Source: a virus
Taxonomy: Duplodnaviria > Caudoviricetes
Direction: 5' to 3' (one strand)
Length of the DNA stretch: 64,000 bases
Virus record (IMG/VR): IMGVR_UViG_3300015607_004069
Location: 117,659 to 181,658 of that record
Of the stretch, positions 57,785 through 64,000 are shown piece after piece (the stretch's first letter is position 1; every line of letters starts with the position of its first letter). A program made the translations under genes and the position numbers. Below the pieces are notes generated by a model. That model was not told where the DNA came from and ran no database searches. It worked only from the letters and a program-made list of their open reading frames with translations.

Positions 57785-58285
57785 TCAATCTCTCCAGTAA
57801 TCAACAGCAAGCTTCTTCTCTGCTTCAATCAGCGACTCTTTCATCAACCTATCATACTGATAAGTCGGCAAAATCATCCCATCACATGCAAAACAGCGAC
57901 GATCCTGACGAGCAAAAGACAGAAACCACTTTACTGACTCGTTTTCCACGTCATCCTTATGATATTTGGCAGCACATTCCGCAGAACAAAACAAATCGGC
58001 CCATCTACCATCAGCATACCTTACCAGATAGAACCGCTCAAGATGATTCGGCACCTCCATCTGATGACACCAGCCTATAATCGAATTGCCCTTAGGCACA
58101 TTATAACTGAAATTATTGCCAACCAGCCACACATTAGGCCAGCGCACAGACGTGTGCACCCGGCTACCATTCCATGGCTTGGCCAACAAAACAAAAACAG
58201 GAACCCCATCACTAGGAATATCAGTCGTTTGCCATTCTACTTGCATGTTCGTCTCCATTATGTGATAAAGGATGATACCGAACAC
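57785..58285 (-). CDS. hypothetical protein, DUF551-like N-terminus plus Zn finger
   Basis: EWQTTDIPSDGVPVFV...IIGWC; CxxxC...CxxC; true start probably downstream. Confidence 0.55.
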   Translation of the reverse strand: MFGIILYHIMETNMQVEWQTTDIPSDGVPVFVLLAKPWNGSRVHTSVRWPNVWLVGNNFSYNVPKGNSIIGWCHQMEVPNHLERFYLVRYADGRWADLFCSAECAAKYHKDDVENESVKWFLSFARQDRRCFACDGMILPTYQYDRLMKESLIEAEKKLAVDYWRD

Positions 58286-58310
58286 GCCTTGATAAATTCA
58301 AGCAAATACG

Positions 58311-58341
58311 AAAAAGGCCGATACCCAAAAAGTATCGGCCT
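58311..58341 (-). terminator. intrinsic terminator
   Basis: aggccgatac/gtatcggcct stem then a T-run on the minus strand. Confidence 0.75.
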
Positions 58342-58347
58342 AATCCA

Positions 58348-58575
58348 CTACGCCAATTCGACCTTGACAGAAAGCTTGATCACAGCTTCAGGATCAGCAT
58401 TAGGCACACCAACCACCCAATTCTGACCATCCCACGAAGCAAAAAGATCACGACCAGCTTCATCAACAGCATGAAACTTTTCAGTGTTGGCCAGCATCGC
58501 AAACAATGCCTTTTCAAAAGCACGACGTGCCGCCACACCGAAATCATCAACATTTACTGGCTCTTCAGGCATCAC
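58348..58575 (-). CDS. hypothetical protein
   Basis: RBS ggag; followed by a terminator. Confidence 0.55.
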   Translation of the reverse strand: MMPEEPVNVDDFGVAARRAFEKALFAMLANTEKFHAVDEAGRDLFASWDGQNWVVGVPNADPEAVIKLSVKVELA

Positions 58576-58632
58576 TCAACTCCAGAGAAACAGGATATCC
58601 GGTAATACTGCACCTTGTCTATTGCAGCTGTA

Positions 58633-58905
58633 TTATGCCAACTTTGGTTTGGCTTTCGCCATAGTCTTGGCAAACTCGAAATACTCCCCACTACCATCAA
58701 CAACAGTAAAACGCTCCGGAAACTTGGCAAACTCCAAAACAGCATGGTCGTCAGAATAATGCCCTCCACGCACAGCAGTAGCAACATCCCGCCCAGCAAA
58801 CACAATAGTAATATTGCTGACCGGAACCTTCTTACCCCCACGACGATCAACCCCATGGACACACCGAACATCCACCCGACTCGCCACAGGCTTAAGCACT
58901 TCCAT
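58633..58905 (-). CDS. hypothetical protein
   Basis: RBS aggag. Confidence 0.6.
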   Translation of the reverse strand: MEVLKPVASRVDVRCVHGVDRRGGKKVPVSNITIVFAGRDVATAVRGGHYSDDHAVLEFAKFPERFTVVDGSGEYFEFAKTMAKAKPKLA

Positions 58906-58938
58906 AATAACTCCTAGACAAAAGAAAACAGACTACCC

Positions 58939-59415
58939 CTAGCCCTGATTGCTATCAAACACCTTAGCGGTATTCTGAAATATCCTCACCAGCTGAGGAC
59001 TGATACCAAAACGATTGGCATTCACCTCAATCGACTTAAGAATATTCCCATTATTGTGCCTTTCCCCCGCTGCCTTCCAATCACAGAACATCTCCAATAG
59101 GTCAAGCAAATTCATATCATTGATCCCATTAGGCCAATGCTCCGGATGATGCGAATTCTTGGCATAATGATGCTCCAACGCTGGCCACATCGACTGCCTG
59201 AAACCCTCATACTCACTACTGCCATAAGTCGATGCAGCCAACTTAGGAGTAAACTCAGTAAACAACTCCACTTCCGGGGATTCAAGCTTAGACTGATCGT
59301 GCTGCTCACCACGCCTTATCAAATCAATCGCCATCAAATTGAGTAGATTTCGCACCCTTTCAATATGCCTGAACGTAACAAAATTAGTCGCCTGCTGTTC
59401 AATCGTAAGACTCAT
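58939..59415 (-). CDS. DUF5662-family HD-like protein
   Basis: HI..V...HDQSKL...ALEHHYAKNSHHPEHW...MNLLDLLEMFCDWKAA. Confidence 0.8.
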   Translation of the reverse strand: MSLTIEQQATNFVTFRHIERVRNLLNLMAIDLIRRGEQHDQSKLESPEVELFTEFTPKLAASTYGSSEYEGFRQSMWPALEHHYAKNSHHPEHWPNGINDMNLLDLLEMFCDWKAAGERHNNGNILKSIEVNANRFGISPQLVRIFQNTAKVFDSNQG

Positions 59416-59517
59416 ATGGTTTCTCCGGTTAGTCACTTCTCACCATCATTTCGTACCAGCTATCACAATCCGCCAATGCTTTAGTGGTTGGTTTGATTTC
59501 ACACCGCTCTTTTGTAG

Positions 59518-59787
59518 CTAAACCATGATTCCACTAACGTCTATGCGGTTGCATCGGTAACCATCTTCCGTGAGCGAATAATAATCAGGATCGCCCCTGA
59601 AGGTCTCCCGCTGAATCAGGCATTCCTTTTCTAACGCTGCCAATGCCGCATCAAGAGACTCATCCTCTTGTTCTTCCAACCATTCTGCAATTGACTTCTT
59701 ACGGCACACTTGGCCGATACTTCCAACACAGTTCGCAACAGATTGAAGAACTGCAACCTCATATTTAGATAGCTTCTCACCAATCAT
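59518..59787 (-). CDS. winged-helix-like small protein
   Basis: AALAALEKECLIQR...YYSLTEDG; RBS aaggagagg. Confidence 0.55.
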   Translation of the reverse strand: MIGEKLSKYEVAVLQSVANCVGSIGQVCRKKSIAEWLEEQEDESLDAALAALEKECLIQRETFRGDPDYYSLTEDGYRCNRIDVSGIMV

Positions 59788-59840
59788 CGATACCTCTCCT
59801 TAAAGTAAACAACCCCATCACAATACTACACACCCAAATC

Positions 59841-60119
59841 CTACTTCATAACCTCCAGATTAGCCGTAAGCTCAGACATAGCCTCCGCAACCAACTTCCG
59901 ATATGACATATGAAAATGAGAAGACCAATCCTTCGGACGTAAAGCCATAGGATTACGCAAAAACTCCCTCACACAACAGACCGCATCACAAAAACCATTA
60001 TACGCCCAAGAATCCTCATCCGGCTCATCAGGCAACGCCGTACCACAACAAGCACAAATAGAATCATCAGGATTATGAGACTCAATATCACTATCATGCC
60101 AACCACGTCTAGCAGTCAT
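59841..60119 (-). CDS. hypothetical zinc-finger protein
   Basis: CACCG...FCDAVC; RBS ggag. Confidence 0.55.
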   Translation of the reverse strand: MTARRGWHDSDIESHNPDDSICACCGTALPDEPDEDSWAYNGFCDAVCCVREFLRNPMALRPKDWSSHFHMSYRKLVAEAMSELTANLEVMK

Positions 60120-60164
60120 CGCAAACTCCAGATTAAACACCCGACACACCCAATAATGCCACCA

Positions 60165-60194
60165 CCCCACACCCCATTAATCCCCCACCCCCCC
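60165..60194 (-). other. G-quadruplex-forming motif (G7-T-G5-ATTAAT-G4-TGT-G4)
   Basis: four G-runs of at least 4 with loops of 1-6 nt in an intergenic gap. Confidence 0.6.
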
Positions 60195-60195
60195 A

Positions 60196-60903
60196 TCAAT
60201 CCACAATAGAATAAACCACCACACAATTACCCACAACATGCATAATCTTCTGAGGAAACAAAACATCAACAAAATACTTAGTAAAAGAAGTCGAACACAC
60301 CTTAAACTGCATCCCATCATCAATAAACTTATACTCCAACCGAATATGAACCCTATTCAACATCTCCTCATTCGCCACAATAATCCCACCACCATGCGCA
60401 AACACCCCATTATGAACCCTCTTCTCAATCAAATCTCGCGGCCCACTAACCTTCGACCCAGCCATCAAACACTTATTAACCTCCCACTGCACATCACGCA
60501 CAACCTTACCATCACTACGCTCACCCAACCTACTAAAAACAGACAATAAATAAGACTCCACCGAACCAGAAAAACCACCAGTGATCTTCGCTACCGCACC
60601 ATTATCAAGAGGCGACAAATACCCCACCCCCACACCAAACACCGTACCATCAGGATTAAGCTCCAAAGACTCCTTTGACCTCTCACCAATAAACGTAGCC
60701 CCCACATCCTTAGAAAACGCCAAATGCTGACGCTGACGCACCGCATCATTAAAAGACACCAAACAATCCGAAACATACCGAGCCAAAACAAAATCAGGAG
60801 TATCACAAAGACTATCAATAGAATACTCATTAAGCAACCTCGACAAATCCCTCATAAAACCATCATGATTATGAAACGACGGACTCGGCTTGACCTGCCC
60901 CAT
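60196..60903 (-). CDS. hypothetical protein; C-half weakly resembles a T4 gp23 capsid fragment
   Basis: N-terminal LLN.YS.D...DTPDFVLA.Y phage module; DVQWEVNKCL, GIIVAN, YFVD. Confidence 0.55.
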   Translation of the reverse strand: MGQVKPSPSFHNHDGFMRDLSRLLNEYSIDSLCDTPDFVLARYVSDCLVSFNDAVRQRQHLAFSKDVGATFIGERSKESLELNPDGTVFGVGVGYLSPLDNGAVAKITGGFSGSVESYLLSVFSRLGERSDGKVVRDVQWEVNKCLMAGSKVSGPRDLIEKRVHNGVFAHGGGIIVANEEMLNRVHIRLEYKFIDDGMQFKVCSTSFTKYFVDVLFPQKIMHVVGNCVVVYSIVD

Positions 60904-60953
60904 AACATACTCCCCATAAGAAATGTCAACCAACAATACCTAAACAAACACCA

Positions 60954-61226
60954 CTAACTCCCAGATTTAACCCTACCATCAAAATCCCGCATCATCCTCA
61001 ACCAACCCCTAGCCGTGACAGTATAAACCGTATCAGCATGCGGCGCGTACGGCGACGAACCACCACTAACCGGATCAACCCGACAATAACTCACCATATG
61101 CAAACTACCCTGATCATAATAAGCCATCATAACCACAAACTCAACACCCGGATTATTACCAACAATAACATCACCAGTAGCTGGCCTATCAACAGTCTTC
61201 TCCACAACACACCTCCTATAGAACAA
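60954..61226 (-). CDS. hypothetical protein
   Basis: RBS aggagg before an internal GTG; tiles the operon. Confidence 0.5.
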   Translation of the reverse strand: MFYRRCVVEKTVDRPATGDVIVGNNPGVEFVVMMAYYDQGSLHMVSYCRVDPVSGGSSPYAPHADTVYTVTARGWLRMMRDFDGRVKSGS

Positions 61227-61237
61227 CCAAAAAACAA

Positions 61238-61474
61238 CTAATACTCAGGATAGACCTGATCCAATAAAATAACCGCCTCAGACGGCTCCTCAGGCAAATC
61301 AACCACCAAACTCACCACCCTCAACTGAGGATAAGCAACAACAGACATACTCTCTGGCCTTTCCCTTGACTTCTCTTGGATATCAGACACCACAACACTC
61401 CCTCTAGCCCACAACACCACCACATACCCAAAAGAATGACAAGAAAACAACTCAACCACCCATCCGCCGACCAC
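61238..61474 (-). CDS. hypothetical protein
   Basis: tiles the minus operon. Confidence 0.4.
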   Translation of the reverse strand: MVGGWVVELFSCHSFGYVVVLWARGSVVVSDIQEKSRERPESMSVVAYPQLRVVSLVVDLPEEPSEAVILLDQVYPEY

Positions 61475-61757
61475 ACACCTTCACTATCTCCTCCAAATCA
61501 CCCTCCAACTCCACAATCCTCTCACGCTTATCAGCAATAACATCACGTAAAGACTCAACCCTCAACTCATAAAGCCGACAATCACTCCTCGCCACCCACC
61601 ACATCAACAACGCAAACAACATCAAACAAGTCGACACAATAGCCCACACCACCACAAAAATCACATCCATACCCATCACACACCATCCCCTCAACACAAA
61701 GGATAACGAAAACAACCCATCTAGACTCAATACCCAATAGTCGCAGAGGGACTCCAA
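61452..61757 (-). CDS. membrane-anchored coiled-coil protein
   Basis: TM helix then heptad segment; start probably at MGMDV. Confidence 0.5.
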   Translation of the reverse strand: MESLCDYWVLSLDGLFSLSFVLRGWCVMGMDVIFVVVWAIVSTCLMLFALLMWWVARSDCRLYELRVESLRDVIADKRERIVELEGDLEEIVKVCGRRMGG

Positions 61758-62558
61758 CTACTTAGAAGACATATCGACCTCCAATTTGACATGCCTAATT
61801 CGATGGCATATAGCACACAACAAATCACACTTATCAAGCTCTTTTTTCATCGACTCAATCGATCGCAATCGAAGTTTTGACCAATCAAATTCCTTAGTCT
61901 CAGGATCACGATGATGAAAATCAAAAGCAGCCCAATGCTTATCATAGCCGCAGTCAACACAACATCCTCCAAGATAAGCAATGGCCCAAAGCTTCCTATT
62001 CAACCACCTCTGACATTGTGATTTATATAAACACCCTTTACACATATGTTTCAATCTCGTTCCACTCGCAAAATCACCAACTGGTTTTGGCGAATTGCAT
62101 TCAACACATATCCTAAAACTGTTTTCATCAACACCAAGAATCTTAAGATTAATCGATCTAACTTCAGCAGACTGCTTCGACTGATAATCTGATCTGCATT
62201 TATTTGTACAATAATGATTAATATGACCATTAGCTGTATGTTTTTGAAATTGCTTGCTAGTTTTCAAGAATGTCTTATTACATCCACTACACAAAACCTC
62301 GACTTTATGTGAATAATTAGGATGATCCTTACGAGATTTCTGACATTTCTGCTTACCACACGTAACACGCCTAATATTCTTATTATTACTATCGACCCTG
62401 ATAAACAACTCACCACAACCGGGACAATTAGCTTCAGTACGCACCTCAAATCTATTAGGATTCACACAACCAGTCGAACAAAATCGCCTGACTTTACCCT
62501 TTGAACGATAATAAAATTCTCTCCCACATTGTACATTTTGGCATTTTGTAATTGGCAT
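61758..62558 (-). CDS. HNH endonuclease with N-terminal Zn-finger repeats
   Basis: YLGGCCVDCGY...FDFHHRDP...KCDLLCAICHRIRH; several CxxC...CxxxC units. Confidence 0.85.
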   Translation of the reverse strand: MPITKCQNVQCGREFYYRSKGKVRRFCSTGCVNPNRFEVRTEANCPGCGELFIRVDSNNKNIRRVTCGKQKCQKSRKDHPNYSHKVEVLCSGCNKTFLKTSKQFQKHTANGHINHYCTNKCRSDYQSKQSAEVRSINLKILGVDENSFRICVECNSPKPVGDFASGTRLKHMCKGCLYKSQCQRWLNRKLWAIAYLGGCCVDCGYDKHWAAFDFHHRDPETKEFDWSKLRLRSIESMKKELDKCDLLCAICHRIRHVKLEVDMSSK

Positions 62559-62577
62559 GCCCTACCTTTGACTTAAA

Positions 62578-62650
62578 TACCCCTGGCAGGAATCGAACCC
62601 ACTTAATCGCTCGTTAGAACCGAGGCGCACAGCCATTATACCACAGGGGC
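62578..62650 (-). tRNA. tRNA-Arg(UCU)
   Basis: acceptor GCCCCTG/CAGGGGT, D arm GTAT/GTGC, anticodon stem CTCG/CGAG with loop GT-TCT-AA, T loop TTCGATT; no encoded CCA. Confidence 0.75.
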
Positions 62651-62667
62651 ATCACAACAAACCAACA

Positions 62668-63078
62668 CTACCTACCAGCCCGATCAACCTCACCCCTAAC
62701 AAAAGACTCATTAATCTTATCCTGAACATGACGAGGAATCTCAAAAACCTCACAAGAAACAACCGACCCACCCACCTCCGCCCTCGCCCTATCCCTAATA
62801 AAACCATCCACAACATCCACCTCCGCCAACAAATCCCTCAACCTACCCAAAAGCTCAACCTGCTCCACCGACTGCCCACCAACCCCCACAGGAGGCACCA
62901 AACCACGCAAACGCAACCGCCAAATCAAATCCCAACTCATACCACCAGACTCCGACCCATACAACCTCAAAAACTCCTCACTCGCCCCCGACCCAACATA
63001 ATCAACAACCTCCCCACACCCAACACAACACCAACGCCCACCCACAAAAGACACAGAAACATGAGAACAAACCATCAC
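62668..63078 (-). CDS. hypothetical protein (V/G-biased)
   Basis: CxH...CxxC; RBS ggggagg; composition follows the skew. Confidence 0.5.
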   Translation of the reverse strand: MMVCSHVSVSFVGGRWCCVGCGEVVDYVGSGASEEFLRLYGSESGGMSWDLIWRLRLRGLVPPVGVGGQSVEQVELLGRLRDLLAEVDVVDGFIRDRARAEVGGSVVSCEVFEIPRHVQDKINESFVRGEVDRAGR

Positions 63079-63128
63079 ACACCCTCCCCAAAAACCACAA
63101 AGAAAGAGACACGAACCACCCCCACAAA

Positions 63129-63509
63129 CTAACGTTCCAAATTAGTCAACTCACCCCGCATAGGTGCCCACGCATCCTCCACCACAAAAAACAACCTCGC
63201 CCCATCATAACTATGAGCATACCACCTCTCCGCCCACAACCCACCACAACCAACACCAACCTTCTTCGGATCAAGCAACAACTCAGTCAACAACCTCCGA
63301 GCATCCTCCCTCAAACCCTCCACCGTCAAATCCCGCCAACCAGACAACAACCCACTCTCACTCCTCCTCCACGACAACTTCTTCACCCTCAAAACAAACT
63401 CAAAATCAAAACGACCCAACACCAACTCAATCACCTCCAAATAATGAGCAGACAACTTCCGCCGCTTCCGCAAAGACCTCTTAACACTCATAAAAGAACC
63501 AGCACCCAT
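63129..63509 (-). CDS. hypothetical protein
   Basis: RBS aggag; IE.VL..FDFE.V...GCGGL.A pattern. Confidence 0.55.
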   Translation of the reverse strand: MGAGSFMSVKRSLRKRRKLSAHYLEVIELVLGRFDFEFVLRVKKLSWRRSESGLLSGWRDLTVEGLREDARRLLTELLLDPKKVGVGCGGLWAERWYAHSYDGARLFFVVEDAWAPMRGELTNLER

Positions 63510-63607
63510 AACACACTCCTAATTTGAATCCACAAAGAAAGAGGCACGAACCGACCCGTCAGTCCAACATCAGAAAGATAAAGAACAATCAGCCCATGCC
63601 CCTTCCC

Positions 63608-63997
63608 TCACAGACTCCCCAAAAAACCAACAACCAAATCAACACAATCCCCAGCCAAACACACCACCCTCCCACCCTCCAAAGCCACACCACCCTCCAC
63701 ACCAGAAACACGACTCACCACCACAAACGTATCACCAACCACAAAATCACCACCCCGCACACACGACCCATCCCCAACCCCAACACACAAACCAACAGGA
63801 ACAGACTGCGCCAAAAACTCCACAATACGCTCCCCACCACTCACAGCCCGAACCACCCCACGACCCAAACACAAAACCTCCGAACCAACAGGAAAAGAAC
63901 ACAACAACCCCTCCAACCTCACCAACTCCCTCTCCAAAACCACACGAACATCACACCCAACCTCCAAACCCTCCACAACCCCACGCAACCCAGACAA
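63608..63997 (-). CDS. hypothetical protein (V/G-biased, may be 5'-truncated by the window end)
   Basis: open to the window end; same strand as neighbours. Confidence 0.4.
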   Translation of the reverse strand: MSGLRGVVEGLEVGCDVRVVLERELVRLEGLLCSFPVGSEVLCLGRGVVRAVSGGERIVEFLAQSVPVGLCVGVGDGSCVRGGDFVVGDTFVVVSRVSGVEGGVALEGGRVVCLAGDCVDLVVGFLGSL

Positions 63998-64000
63998 AAA

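Larger units (their letters stand above)
59800..64000. other. extreme strand-asymmetric region (A+C-rich + strand, G+T-rich coding strand)
   Basis: hand counts of A+C: 47/60 at 62821-62880, 51/60 at 63841-63900, 53/60 at 63901-63960. Confidence 0.9.

Noticed and set aside
62578-62650. Reading the tRNA as an amber suppressor (CTA within TTCTAAC)
   Set aside because: The CTCG/CGAG stem centres the 7-nt loop on TCT; a CTA-centred loop has no supporting stem.
60238-63527. Several + strand ORFs rich in P/T/N/H/Q/K (60238, 60724, 61038, 62728, 63164, 63213)
   Set aside because: Stop codons need T, which is scarce on this strand, so long shadow ORFs are expected. RBSs and motifs are on the minus strand.
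1-64000. CRISPR array, diversity-generating retroelement, retron, intron or intein
   Set aside because: No repeat-spacer array, no RT (YxDD) protein, no TR/VR pair seen; ligase, helicase and ATPases are uninterrupted.

Overview
This 64-kb window looks like part of a large (jumbo-type) tailed phage genome in the standard genetic code. It carries tail/baseplate-type structural genes, an ATP-dependent DNA ligase, an SF2 helicase, AAA+ and GHKL ATPases, two homing-type endonucleases, a peptide deformylase, one tRNA-Arg(UCU), five glycosyltransferases, three SAM-methyltransferase domains, many nucleotide-processing or anti-defence-type enzymes (including an Acb1/gp57B-like 2H phosphoesterase) and dozens of small ORFans. 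A PEP-CTERM-like protein and a Cys-repeat secreted protein hint at an exosortase-bearing host, possibly a planctomycete (inference only). The most unusual signals are non-coding. (1) A steep strand-composition gradient reaches about 80-88% A+C on the + strand in the last kilobases, spares two apparently recent inserts, and contains a G7-T-G5 G-quadruplex motif. (2) Several structured RNA candidates each begin about 7-10 nt downstream of a recurring GTAT(T/C) promoter-like motif. They include a 98-nt four-way junction with complementary loops and a tRNA-like RNA flanked by 20-bp direct repeats. No CRISPR array, reverse transcriptase, intein or stop-codon recoding was found. All protein assignments are from motif recognition by eye, not database searches; several start codons were moved to RBS-supported ATGs.
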